DNA from: an uncultured Acidimicrobiaceae bacterium
Lineage (GTDB): Bacteria; Actinomycetota; Acidimicrobiia; Acidimicrobiales; RAAP-2
Length of the DNA: 64,000 nucleotides
Direction: 5' to 3'
Assembly: GCA_963801695.1 (NCBI GenBank)
Contig: CAWDFV010000001.1
Coordinates: forward strand, 206,335-270,334
The position numbers were made by a program, and so were the translations under genes. Positions 32,699 through 42,916 of this stretch are shown in pieces; position 1 is the first letter of the stretch; every line of letters starts with the position of its first letter. Below the pieces are notes generated by a model. The model was given only the letters and a program-made list of their open reading frames with translations, was not told the origin of the DNA and searched no databases.

Positions 32699-33241
32699 CT
32701 AGGTACCTTGCCATAGCGCCGAGAAATGCGTTGGCACGTTCGCTGCGCACACGCCGTGGGCTGAGAACGTACCCCTGACGGCAACCGTCTTGCCGAGCAC
32801 GACGAGGCCCTTATAGAAGTGACCAGCGACAGAAATGGGGAACGTGAACCTCATCGTTGAACCGGAGTCCGCACCAATCAACGTCGTGTTGCCGGAAAAA
32901 GAGAACGCGCCGCTCCGAGCGATCGGCACGGCGTGCGGCAACTTTATGAACAGCTCCGAGTTTGTCGTAATTTGACTCGGATCCTGAGCGATCAGCGTGG
33001 GACCGGCGCCGCAGTTGAAACTGGAGCCCCGAAGCCCTCCGCCCAATTTGGTCCCGTTGCCCACCACGACGAGGTTGATCTGAAAACTCCCGGGTCCGAT
33101 GCCCTTCGTGCCGTAGATACCATCGTGAAGCGGCGCAGTCCCGGCGACAGCGTCCGCCACACCCACAAAACCGACCGCAACGACCGTGCTGACGGCAATC
33201 AGTGAGCGCCATGTCCTCATCGAGCGGACGATAGCACTCAC
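32699..33241 (-). CDS. Secreted hypothetical protein
   Basis: Signal peptide ending AVA; beta-rich with two Cys; GGAGG RBS. Confidence 0.65.
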   Translation of the reverse strand: MSAIVRSMRTWRSLIAVSTVVAVGFVGVADAVAGTAPLHDGIYGTKGIGPGSFQINLVVVGNGTKLGGGLRGSSFNCGAGPTLIAQDPSQITTNSELFIKLPHAVPIARSGAFSFSGNTTLIGADSGSTMRFTFPISVAGHFYKGLVVLGKTVAVRGTFSAHGVCAANVPTHFSALWQGT

Positions 33242-33428
33242 TGCCTCCGTGAATTCTCGCCCCGCTCACCACTCAAGGTCGAATGCCAAAAGGCGCCCGG
33301 ATTAATCGAGTGCAGACTGCGAGAACCGCGGCGTAGCGTTGCCCCGAGCAATGCGCAAAGGCTCGTGACGGGTTGGTCCGAGCCGTGGCGGCCTCCATCG
33401 TCAAGCACTGAAGGAATGGATGAATCCT

Positions 33429-33629
33429 GAGATCGGAACATTCATGAGCGTCGTACCTTTCGCCCTCGAGGGATTCGAGATGAAGCCCTTCACGTCTTCG
33501 AGCGGGCGCACCCGCGACGTTTATCGTCGCGACAGCGGCCCCGCCGTCATCATCCACGAAGTTCCCGGCATCACGCCCGACGTGGCCGCATTCGCTAGAC
33601 GCGTCGCGGACCACGGTATGACGTTCGTG
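33429..33629 (+). repeat. Copy A of the dienelactone hydrolase 5' end (codons 1 to ~62)
   Basis: GAGATCGG-N7-ATG; MSVVPFALEGFEMKPFTSS...HEVPGITPDVAAFARRVA..GMT matches gene 50677. Confidence 0.9.
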
Positions 33630-34121
33630 GCCGCGGGTCTCACTTTCGGCTCGGGAACGCTCTACAAACACTTCCCATCCAATGAGGCCGCACTAGTTGT
33701 AATCGATCGATTCGTGGAGAGCGCTCGGACTGAGCGCAAAACTTTGGGGGATCTTGACGCGGAGCCGATCGCCAACGCCCTGAGGGCGATTGCGCGTGGC
33801 GCGATGTCATCATTCGAGCGTGATAAGGACGCGCCTCGCATCGCGTGGCGCGATCTCGAGAATTTCCCTGAACTCCAAGAGAGGGTTCGTACAGAACGGA
33901 TCCGAGCGACCTTTGACGATTTTTCGTCGTGGCTCGAACGTCACGCGAAACTTGGAAACCCCGTTCTCGATGACGTCGAGGCGGTATCGGCGGTGGCGCT
34001 CAGTTCGCTTGCTTTCTTCCAGATCGTCAAGCTCTTGATGCACGACACGCCAGGCGGAGTCAATGAGGAACGATTTGTTCGGGCCTGGACCCTTGTTTTC
34101 GACAATGTTGTGTCGAGTTGA
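33444..34121 (+). CDS. Chimeric ORF: DLH N-terminus fused in frame to an N-truncated TetR regulator
   Basis: After DLH homology ends: AGL..GSGTLYKHFPS (TetR recognition helix) and a helical C-terminal domain. Confidence 0.65.
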   Translation: MSVVPFALEGFEMKPFTSSSGRTRDVYRRDSGPAVIIHEVPGITPDVAAFARRVADHGMTFVAAGLTFGSGTLYKHFPSNEAALVVIDRFVESARTERKTLGDLDAEPIANALRAIARGAMSSFERDKDAPRIAWRDLENFPELQERVRTERIRATFDDFSSWLERHAKLGNPVLDDVEAVSAVALSSLAFFQIVKLLMHDTPGGVNEERFVRAWTLVFDNVVSS

Positions 34122-34246
34122 AGACACCATCGGCGTCTTCCGACTCTGGCAATCAGTAGGACCGTCATTGTCCCTTGTTCAATTCTTTGCGGCGCCGACC
34201 CCAGCAGTTGCCGCTGAAAATGACCTTTAGGACTCAGAGACGGCCG

Positions 34247-35476
34247 CTAGGAGGACGCGATCCTAGGCAAACTTACTGACGCTTCCTTCAACTGTCGACT
34301 TACTTCGGGCCATTCAGGGAAGTGCGAGAGCATCGATTGGCGGAATGGCTCGGCAAACTGAGAGAAGTCAATATCAGTTGTCTGTTGCGTAATGGTGGAG
34401 AGGAAACTCACCCCGAGGATCAAGACAACCAGTTCGCGGATCATGTAAGAGAACCTCTGGCGTTCGTCGCCCGAGATGTCGGTAACCAACGACTGAAAAT
34501 TATTGAGCCATTCGAATTGACGCGCAACTGCAGCTCTTATCTTCTCGTTGTGGGTCGAGACCATGAGTACTTCGAGTGTGAAGTACTTGCGAATAGAGTC
34601 GCCGGGACTCGCTGCCGCATAAAGCTCTTGAGAAAGCATTCCCTCATCCAGAACTTGAGACAGCTTCAATGCGGTGATCTCGGGCCCGTGCATCAGCGCG
34701 CGAATTGAGGCGACCACCAAGTCATCCTTCGACGTGTACAGTTTGTAGATTGACCCAGGGGAGCAGTTCGTGCGACGAGAGATCCGTGAGATCGTGGCCC
34801 GGGTATAGCCACTTGTCCCAACTGCCCTGAAGGTCTCATAGGCGAGTTGTGACCGGAAATCGCTCCGTGGGAGTGGCACTGCGGCGTTCGGCGTTAACAG
34901 AGGTGCCTCCAAGACAGCTGAGACGTCCGTCCTGAGCGCGTCCAAGAGCACAGTTCCTAGGAACTTAAGCCGTTCGACATCGAATCCGAACCGAGCATTG
35001 CTGAATATCTTGACAATGATGAGTGAGAAGAGAGTCAACTCGCGGGACTGAAAGGCTCGGTCCGCGCTTTCATGACGTTCGAGGTAGTCGTGAATGAACT
35101 TCTCAACTTCCTCGTGGAGCACAACGTAACGGCGCGACGTCAACAGCACTTGCACCGCGACGACGTCAATACTCTGCGCGTCTCGCACGAAATTTAGAAG
35201 TTCGCCCACCGACGTCTCGCTCGGCACCGCTACCGCGTGTCGCACAGCGTCGATCAACGCGACCATTCGAGCGCAAAGCACCTCGCTCCAAAGATCGACG
35301 AGGAGCTCCTCCACGTCTTCGAACCGAGCGTAGAGAGCGCCGTGCGTGAGGCCCGCTTCTTGTCCGATGTCACGAAATGAGATGGAATCGATGCCTTTAC
35401 TAAGTATTAAGTTGGCGGTTGCTTCTCTGATGGCGACATCATTAGCGATAGCTCTGGAACTGCGACGAGTGGCCAT
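34247..35476 (-). CDS. Tandem double-TetR domain regulator, lower GC
   Basis: HTH1 ISFRDIGQEAGLTHGALYARF; HTH2 ATISRISRRTNCSPGSIYKLYTSKDDL. Confidence 0.8.
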   Translation of the reverse strand: MATRRSSRAIANDVAIREATANLILSKGIDSISFRDIGQEAGLTHGALYARFEDVEELLVDLWSEVLCARMVALIDAVRHAVAVPSETSVGELLNFVRDAQSIDVVAVQVLLTSRRYVVLHEEVEKFIHDYLERHESADRAFQSRELTLFSLIIVKIFSNARFGFDVERLKFLGTVLLDALRTDVSAVLEAPLLTPNAAVPLPRSDFRSQLAYETFRAVGTSGYTRATISRISRRTNCSPGSIYKLYTSKDDLVVASIRALMHGPEITALKLSQVLDEGMLSQELYAAASPGDSIRKYFTLEVLMVSTHNEKIRAAVARQFEWLNNFQSLVTDISGDERQRFSYMIRELVVLILGVSFLSTITQQTTDIDFSQFAEPFRQSMLSHFPEWPEVSRQLKEASVSLPRIASS

Positions 35477-35691
35477 GGCTGATCCTTTCTACGAAAACGG
35501 CTTCAACTCCCGCAAAAACAGTGGTGTCAAAATACACCGCGCTGAACCGAATCTCAAGCCCGTGCCTGGTCAGAGCAGATTGAATTTAGTGTCCAGCGCA
35601 TTCACCGGCGCTGGACCAAAGAACTCCTCGTCTCCTGGAATTATTGGCCTCCCGATGTTCAGCGTTCAAGCAACGCTCGTGGCCGATCGGA

Positions 35692-36774
35692 TCAGGTGGC
35701 TCCCGACGATTTCTCCTTATTCCCGTCGAGCTTTGCGGGCGCCTCGCCTTTCCACTCGCTTTCCTCATCGCCGCGAGAAGAGCCGTGCATCAGGTACTCG
35801 TCCTGCGTCATCGGTCTGTCTCGAAAGCGTGAGATCACTTCTTGTTCAGGCCGCTGTTGGTACTGGGTGACTTGCGCCGTGTACGAACGCTGATCCGCCT
35901 CAGTTAACGGAGGGTGAACCAATCCCCTGGGCCACAACCGCCCGTCAAGAACGGTATTGACTTCAGCGGCGAAGAGCGTGACCTCCGCTCCGAGATAAAT
36001 CCAGGCGACGAGGCCGAGCACGAGACCGAACAGCCCATAGAGGGCACTCGCACCTTTCAGGTCGTGTCCGACCACGTAGCCGCCAGCTGCTTGCAGAACC
36101 GTCCACGCGACCTCTCCCACGATCACCCCAGGAAGCAAGGCGCGCGTGGCCACTCGTCCAGGCGTAAGCGTGCGGAAAGCAGCAAGGTAGATCGCAATGT
36201 TGACGAGAACTGCCAGTATCTCGCCCACGACGCCGAGCCAGACATTGTGTCTCCCGAAGGTCCCGAACCCGGCGAGCGACGTCGTGAGCACCAGCCCAAC
36301 TCCGAGGACTACGAGGAAGATCCCGCAGCGAATCATCCGAATTACGAAACTGGGGCGCAAGGTAGTCGGCAGATTCCAAATCTGTTCCATCGCGAAGAGC
36401 TCTGATTGAGCGAGACCTGTCGAGCCATAAATCAAGCCAAGAATCCCGAAAACCAACCCGAACGTCGAACTTCGTCGTATCGCGTGAATATCATGACCGA
36501 GCTGTTGACCAATGATGGGGAACTGCCCGAGCGCCGAATGTAGGACCTTCATGCGATCCGCGGGGTTGTCCGCTAAGACCATACTCAATACGGTGACCAA
36601 TAGCAGTAGCAATGGAAACACCGTCACGAACATCGCGTACGTGAGTTGAACTGTGAGGTTCCCGGCATTGTCGTCATCAAATTTCTTCGCCACGCCAATA
36701 ACAAATGACGGAAGTAGATGACGCTGTTGGAACGCGTCAATACGGCGCATCGCCATATCAACGACTTTCATCAT
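35692..36774 (-). CDS. YihY/virulence factor BrkB family membrane protein
   Basis: KKFDDD, FPLLL, ALLPG, YGLFGLVLGLVAWIYL...AEVN. Confidence 0.9.
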   Translation of the reverse strand: MMKVVDMAMRRIDAFQQRHLLPSFVIGVAKKFDDDNAGNLTVQLTYAMFVTVFPLLLLLVTVLSMVLADNPADRMKVLHSALGQFPIIGQQLGHDIHAIRRSSTFGLVFGILGLIYGSTGLAQSELFAMEQIWNLPTTLRPSFVIRMIRCGIFLVVLGVGLVLTTSLAGFGTFGRHNVWLGVVGEILAVLVNIAIYLAAFRTLTPGRVATRALLPGVIVGEVAWTVLQAAGGYVVGHDLKGASALYGLFGLVLGLVAWIYLGAEVTLFAAEVNTVLDGRLWPRGLVHPPLTEADQRSYTAQVTQYQQRPEQEVISRFRDRPMTQDEYLMHGSSRGDEESEWKGEAPAKLDGNKEKSSGAT

Positions 36775-37182
36775 AATTCACTAACTCGATCGCGCACGGC
36801 TCGATATCTGCTTGAGGTACTCATCGTTGGTACGTCGATCATGATGATCCCTTCTGCGCGTTGGGTAGGACAGCACAAGGTACAAATTCATTCCACGTTG
36901 TGAGCGGGGCGAGAGTGGATGTCAGCATCGCAGAATACATCTCGTGCTGAAAATCTTGCACGCACAAAATGGACTTCCATGATGCAAGGAGGCGCGATCT
37001 TCATGTGATCGCGTGAGTGCACGTCACTTCAACGTTCTCATCCAATAAACATGAATGCCACTCGCGTACATCAAGCTGCGTTGGTTATTGTAAGAGAAAA
37101 TTCGGCTTGTGCAGGATGTTGAACGCGGCTCTGGCGACGCGATATCGACTCAATCAGAGCCGACATAGGGAAGGGAGATGCC

Positions 37183-37254
37183 ATGTACATCGGCGGCGGA
37201 GCAGTGCTGCTTATCCTCATCATTGTGCTCGTCGTGGTCCTGATGCGACGCTAG
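37183..37254 (+). CDS. 23-aa single-TM microprotein MYIGGGAVLLILIIVLVVVLMRR
   Basis: Below the ORF-track cutoff; RBS AAGGGAG, one hydrophobic helix, basic C-terminus. Confidence 0.7.
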   Translation: MYIGGGAVLLILIIVLVVVLMRR

Positions 37255-37280
37255 TGACACACGACACGGACGATAGTGTG

Positions 37281-37331
37281 GAGATCGGTACAACGATGAG
37301 GATCGCGCCGTTCGTTCTCGAAGGATTCGAG
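37281..37331 (+). repeat. Copy B of the DLH 5' end (12 codons, then stop)
   Basis: GAGATCGGTACAACG ATG AGG ATC GCG CCG TTC GTT CTC GAA GGA TTC GAG = MRIAPFVLEGFE. Confidence 0.75.
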
Positions 37332-37468
37332 TGAGCGATTCCCGTTGGACTCCGGGGCATTGGACCCGAGATTTCTTCGGGTGACGCACCGACGACGAAT
37401 GTCCAACGGTGTTGAGCCATCTCATACCCGGCAGCAACCAGCTCTAGCAATCAGCGAGGATTGATGAG

Positions 37469-39200
37469 ATGATCGACCAAGTCCCAAACGGATGTCCTGT
37501 TTCCCCCGCACGCGCTTCTTGATTACGCGATGCTTGCCGATGGCGAGCGAGGGATATTGGTCGGACCGCGCGGGGACTTTGCGTGGATGTGCGCGCCGCA
37601 TTGGGATTCGGATGCCGTGTTTTCGACACTCATCGGAGGCAATGGCGTGTACGCCGTAACACCCAGCGACGTGCGTTTCGTTTGGGGCGGCTACTACGAG
37701 GATCGTTCCCTGATATGGCGGAGCCGTTGGGTGACGTCGGACGGCGTGATCGAGTGTCGAGAGGCTCTCGCGTTCCCGGGCGACCGTGACACCGCGGTCG
37801 TGCTGCGCCGCGTTATGGCCGTCGAGGGATCGGCCTCGGTGTCATGCGTACTCGATGTCCGTGCGAGGTTCGGACAAGAACAGATGGTCGATTGCCACCG
37901 CCGCGACGGATGCTGGAACGCTCGAAGCGGCGACCTCTGCGTTCGCTGGACCGGTGCCGAGAAGGCGCGCCCGCGACGCGACGGCGCTCTTCACTTGGAC
38001 TTAGTCCTCGAACCTGGCACCCACCACGATCTGGTCTTGGAACTGAGTGTCAGTGAATTCCCAGAGGCGGCGAAGTCCGCAGCGGAGTATTGGTCATCTA
38101 CGGAGACAGCATGGGCACAGGCGATGCCGGACTTTGATTCGACGATCGCCCCGCGAGCGGCGGGTCGCGCCTACGCACTGCTCCGGGGACTCACGAGCGC
38201 CACCGGGGGCATGGTCGCCGCTGTTACCATGTCACTCCCGGAGCGCGCTGAAGCGGGCAGCAATTTCGACTACCGCTACGCGTGGATACGCGACCAGTGT
38301 TACGCCGGACAGGCGAGCGCCGTCACGGCACCAGTGCCCCTCCTTGACGATGCCGTGAGGTTCGTGGCCGAGCGAGTCATCGCCGACGGCAGCGCGCTGA
38401 AGCCGGCCTACCGCGTCGACGGCCTTGACGTACCCAACGAGAGGCAACTCAAGCACCTTGCTGGTTACCCGGGTGGTTTCGACAAGGTCGGCAACTGGGT
38501 GAACGGCCAATTTCAACTCGACGCCTTTGGCGAGTCGTTGCTGCTGTTCGCCGCCGCGGCGCGACACGACCGACTGGACGCGGTCCATTGGAGCGCGGTC
38601 GAGACGGTAGTGTCCGCGATTGAACAACGGTGGCGCGAACCGGACGCCGGTATCTGGGAACTCGACAATCGGCTCTGGACCCAGTCACGATTGATGGCGA
38701 TTGCCGGGCTGCGCGATATCGCACGAAGTGCTCCGTCCGTCACGGCAGCGAAATGGTCTGGGCTTGCCGACGCCATTCTCTCAGAGGTCGCGGCGACCTG
38801 CGTTCACCCCACCGGTCGCTGGCAACGAGCGGTCGATGACGAAAAAGTTGATGCATCACTGCTTATTCCCACGATTCGAGGCGGACTAGCAAAGGACGAT
38901 CCTCGCGGGCTCGCCACGCTCGCCGCAATTGAGAACGATCTCGTTCGCGATGGTTACGTGTATCGGTTTCGCCACGACGAACGTCCGTTGGAGGAGGCGG
39001 AAGGGGCCTTCACATTCTGTGGCTTGCTGATGTCGCTGGCGCTGCATCAACAAGGTGACGTGGTCGAGGCCCGCGCGTGGTTTGAGCGCAATCGCGCCGT
39101 CGCGGGCCCGCCGGGTCTGTTGTCAGAGGAGTTCGATATCCGACAGGGCCAACTGCGCGGGAATCTGCCGCAGTCATTCGTTCATGCACTTGTGTTCGGC
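37469..39200 (+). CDS. Glycoside hydrolase family 15 (trehalase/glucoamylase-like); start disturbed and 3' end clipped
   Basis: FPPHALLDYAMLADGERG, SLPE, DYRYAWIRD, QLDAFGE, PDAGIWE, GLLSEE, GNLPQSFVH. Confidence 0.85.
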
Positions 39201-40057
39201 GAGCGCCGCGACCTTCAGCCAGACGCTGTACCCGCCGCAGCGCGTCACATCGGCCTGGACGCAGTCAACGGCGCGAGCGTCGATCATCCGGGCGAAGTAG
39301 TCGAGCGTGTAGCCGTATTCACCCGCGGCGACGTCGCCGTCGAAACTGTTCTCGGATTCGTCGCAGTCCCTGGAGGTCGTCCGAGGACACTGGTTCCTCG
39401 AACCAACGCACGTCGGCCGACTCCGCCATGAAGCGGCCGAGTTGGGTGGCCTGCTTCTCGGAGTAGCCGCCGTTCGCGTCGACGAACAGCTCCGCGTCGC
39501 CGATGACCTTGCGCGCGAGTTCGACGCGCGACAAGTCGCGATCCGTGCACTCGCCCCAGGACTCGGCGATGCTTTATTTTGACGCGGGGTATTCGCCATT
39601 CATCGACCCATAACGAGAGTTGATTCGTGAGTGTGGTGTCGTCATACGTCGTGAAACCGCCACTGCCGTAGACCGACACGGAATCGTGGCGCCGTCCGAA
39701 GAGTTCGGCGAGCGCGAGATTGAGTTGGCGCGCGCGCAGGTCCCAGAGAGCAATGTCGACCGCCGAGATAGCGCACGCGGCGATTCCTGGCCGTCCGACA
39801 TTGCGACACGCGCGGGCCATCTCCGCAGCGATTCTCGGAATCTCGCCGGCGTCGGCACCCAAGAGGCAGGGTTCGAGAAAGTCGGTGATGACGGCTTGGG
39901 CTGCGGCCGCGGCGTAGGTCCACCCGAGGCCCACATGGTCGCCGTCACGCACCCGCACCGCAACGACGGTCGTGGAATCCCACGCGATGGTGCCGTCGGC
40001 TTCGGGTTGGTCCGTCGGATATTCGAAGACCATCGTTTCAACGTTCGAAATCGTCAT
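39174..40057 (-). pseudogene. Mandelate racemase/enolase superfamily enzyme, frameshifted and C-terminally truncated
   Basis: AISAVDIALWDL, YGSGGFT, VKIK, VDANG, WFEEP, AGEY, QADVTRCGG; stops shortly after. Confidence 0.8.
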
Positions 40058-41742
40058 GCGTCCTCGCTCCCCGTCACACGTACCGGTCTCCCTGACCGCG
40101 CGTTGCGAATGAGATTGTCGGCGCAGCGCGCCGCCAGGGCCATGATGGTCAGCGCCGGATTGGCCGAACCCTGCGTCGGAAAGACGCTGCCGTCGGTGAT
40201 GAACAAGTTCGACACGGCAAAACTCCGCTGGTTGGCGTCAACGACGCCCGAGCGCTCGTCGTTCGCCATGCGACAACCCCCCACGAGGTGGGCGAAGCGT
40301 TGGATCGTCATTACCTCCTGGGCGTCGGCCGCGTACAGCAGATCCTCCATCACCTTCTGCGCCGCGTTCATGAGTTTCGTGTCGTTCTCCGAGGTGCTGT
40401 AGCAAAATCGTGCGATGGCCAGACCGTGGCGATCCTTCTCGTCCGCCAACGTCACCGCGTTGTCGTGGCGCGGCGCGAATTCACGCAGTGCCCCGAGCGT
40501 CGCCCAATGGACGTAGTCACGCATGTATTCACGTAGCGTCGCGCCCCAATGTCCCTGGGCGCCGACGTGCTCGGCCCAGGTGATGGGCAGTGGTGAGACG
40601 GTTTGGATGGAAAACCCGCGCTTGTAGTCCTTGGTCGGATCGGTCTCGTAGAACGCTTCGCTACTGACTTCCGGCGGCGGACCCTTGAACATCCGTTTCT
40701 CGCTCGAGAAGCGCCCGGACGTCTGCGGCGCCCCTTGCACCATCACGTAGCGACCGACGAGTCCGAAGTCGTTGCACAGGCCGTCGGGAAACGCCCGACT
40801 ACTGGAGAGCAACAGCAGGCGCGGCGTTTCGATGGAGTACCCCGCTACCGCGATGGATCGTGCGCGCTGGCGATGCTCGACGCCGTCCCGCACGTAGACC
40901 ACGCCCGTGGCGAGGCGCGTCTCGTTAACTTCAATTCGTGTGACCATGCAGTTGGCGCGCACTTCGGCGCCGTGGGCGAGGGCGTCGGGGATGTGCGTGA
41001 TGAGAGGTGACGCTTTCGCGTTCACCTTGCACCCCTGCAAGCAAAATCCGCGATAGATGCAGTGCGGTCGGTTACCGAAGCGTCCATTGGCGATTGCGAC
41101 CGGCCCCACGCGCGCGTCGATCCCGAGCTTCGCGGCGCCTTGGAGCAAGACGTCGCCGTTGGCGCTCACCGGTTGAGGCGAGTATCGATAGCGATGCGGA
41201 TCTCCCCAGGGCCAGTCTTGACCCGAGACGGGAAGCTCGTCCTCAATCGCTTCGTAGTACGGACGCAATTCTTGGTAGCGAATGGGCCAGTCGGCGCCGA
41301 AGCCGTCTCGTGTTGAGGTTTCGAAGTCGGAGGGGTGCAGTCGTGGCACGAAGCCCGCGTAGTGAATCATCGATCCTCCAACACCACGGCCGGAGTTGTT
41401 CGAACCCAACGGAACGGGATCGGCACCGGCGATGATGCGAGGTTCTGTCCAGTACAAGTGATGGGAACCAGCTTCATCGCTGACCCAATCCGCGTCCGGA
41501 TCCCAGAATGGTCCAGCGTCGAGCCCGACCACCTTCCAGCCCGCTCGGGCGAGGCGTTGCAGCATCGTCGAACCGCCCGCGCCGCAGCCGATCACGACGA
41601 GGTCGACTTCCTCATCCTCTTCATAGCGACGCATGTTCTCGCGAAGCTCGTGATTCGAGCGCTCGTCGCTCTTGGGGAGCAGCCACGCCGACTCATTACG
41701 TGCGCGTATAGCGCGCTCTCGGCGACTCGCCTCGCGACTCAC
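40054..41742 (-). CDS. GMC family FAD oxidoreductase
   Basis: VIGCGAGG, GRGVGGS..HY, CIYRGFCLQGC, HLVGGCRM, DGSVFPT.GSANP.LTIMALA. Confidence 0.92.
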   Translation of the reverse strand: MSREASRRERAIRARNESAWLLPKSDERSNHELRENMRRYEEDEEVDLVVIGCGAGGSTMLQRLARAGWKVVGLDAGPFWDPDADWVSDEAGSHHLYWTEPRIIAGADPVPLGSNNSGRGVGGSMIHYAGFVPRLHPSDFETSTRDGFGADWPIRYQELRPYYEAIEDELPVSGQDWPWGDPHRYRYSPQPVSANGDVLLQGAAKLGIDARVGPVAIANGRFGNRPHCIYRGFCLQGCKVNAKASPLITHIPDALAHGAEVRANCMVTRIEVNETRLATGVVYVRDGVEHRQRARSIAVAGYSIETPRLLLLSSSRAFPDGLCNDFGLVGRYVMVQGAPQTSGRFSSEKRMFKGPPPEVSSEAFYETDPTKDYKRGFSIQTVSPLPITWAEHVGAQGHWGATLREYMRDYVHWATLGALREFAPRHDNAVTLADEKDRHGLAIARFCYSTSENDTKLMNAAQKVMEDLLYAADAQEVMTIQRFAHLVGGCRMANDERSGVVDANQRSFAVSNLFITDGSVFPTQGSANPALTIMALAARCADNLIRNARSGRPVRVTGSEDA

Positions 41743-42431
41743 GTGCTCGAGCCCCCGTGCCTCTCACGCGTTCGTTTTGCGCGCTGAATCCGTTCTTGAA
41801 ATGAGACGGGGTCCACGTTGTCATGGTCGGCGACTTCCCAGTGCTCACGTTGGCCATTGCCCAGCGCTCCGTAGCCGCGAGGATACGAAGGTCCGCCGAA
41901 TCCGATCTCGTTCCACGCCCACGGATGAGAATAAAAAGCGGTCGCCGCGTAGCGCGTCCAGAGGCTCCAAACGTGTTTCGTGGGCAGACCTCTCCAGCGA
42001 TCCGATTTTTGAATCGCTTGAAGGAGCGTCGCTTGCTGTTCGCGCGTCAACTGTGGAAATGAAGCGTTGAAGGTGGCATGCGCGTCGTCATCCAGCGCCC
42101 CGAGCGTGAGGTGCCATGCCGGAGCGTCTTCCGGGAGATCCTCGTGATGCCACCCATCCGTTTGCCCCAGTGCGAGCCGTCGATCAACGAGCGCCAGTAC
42201 CGGTACTTTTGGCTCATCGAACTGATAGAGCAATTGGTCGAAGAGCGCGGCGGCGATCGGCTGTTCGACTTCGGAGAAGAATGCGCACGACGTGACCAGA
42301 TCAAGTCGGGCGAGCACGACGCGCGCGGTCAGTTCGTCCCAGTGCTCAACCTGATCCAGTACGTCGAATCCAGGGAATCGACCCCGCCCACCCGGGGTGA
42401 TCGCTCGGCGCCTCGGCGCTCGAAATGGCAA
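41739..42431 (-). CDS. Gluconate 2-dehydrogenase subunit 3 family protein
   Basis: FPGFDVL..HWD, F..L...Q..LL, AFYSHPWAWNEIGFGGPSYPRGY; TTG start inferred. Confidence 0.8.
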   Translation of the reverse strand: MPFRAPRRRAITPGGRGRFPGFDVLDQVEHWDELTARVVLARLDLVTSCAFFSEVEQPIAAALFDQLLYQFDEPKVPVLALVDRRLALGQTDGWHHEDLPEDAPAWHLTLGALDDDAHATFNASFPQLTREQQATLLQAIQKSDRWRGLPTKHVWSLWTRYAATAFYSHPWAWNEIGFGGPSYPRGYGALGNGQREHWEVADHDNVDPVSFQERIQRAKRTRERHGGSST

Positions 42432-42438
42432 CTCCGTC

Positions 42439-42916
42439 TTACCCGTCTTCGCGACGGAGCAGCGACGCCAAGCAGTCCCATCCCACCGACCATCGCGGCG
42501 ATAGCGGGCGCGAAGGCGGGCGGCCCCATCTCCATGTTGTAGCGGAAGTTGCGAAATCCACCAGGCTTTTGTTGTATGCCTCGCAGATGGAGGTACGTGC
42601 CCTGCAACCCGTTGGAGATGACGACGACCGAGGCAAGCGGCAGCAGCGTCTTCGCGACCTTTCGACTCGCAACGGCTGCGATGCCGATCGGTATCAACGT
42701 CGGAACTATATAGACCGGCCACCACATCATCTTGTTTCCAAAACTCGCCTTGTCGTGCGAGAAATAGATTTCAGCCGTCGTCATGATGGCGCCGACCGCC
42801 GTCAACGCCGCGAGTCCTTGCTCAAAACGTCCGGTCCGGATATCCGCTAACGCGCGTCCCGCAAGTCCGTGGTCCTTTACACCTGGCCGTACTCCGAACG
42901 GAGTGCGAACATTCAC
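42439..42916 (-). CDS. Conserved small membrane protein (frameshift near 42470)
   Basis: About four TM segments; YFSHD, GTYLHLRGI, YNMEMGPPAFAP; likely true end LLRREDG* in the alternative frame. Confidence 0.7.

Noticed and set aside
35591-35616. Hairpin GTCCAGCGC...GCGCTGGAC
   Set aside because: 9-bp stem without a clear U-tract; insufficient support for a terminator or ncRNA call.
33255-36914. 15-bp perfect inverted pair TCTCGCCCCGCTCAC (33255-33269) and GTGAGCGGGGCGAGA (36900-36914), both intergenic near the island's left part
   Set aside because: A GC-rich 15-mer match is plausible by chance in 64 kb, and there is no transposase or target-site duplication. Worth rechecking if the island is confirmed.
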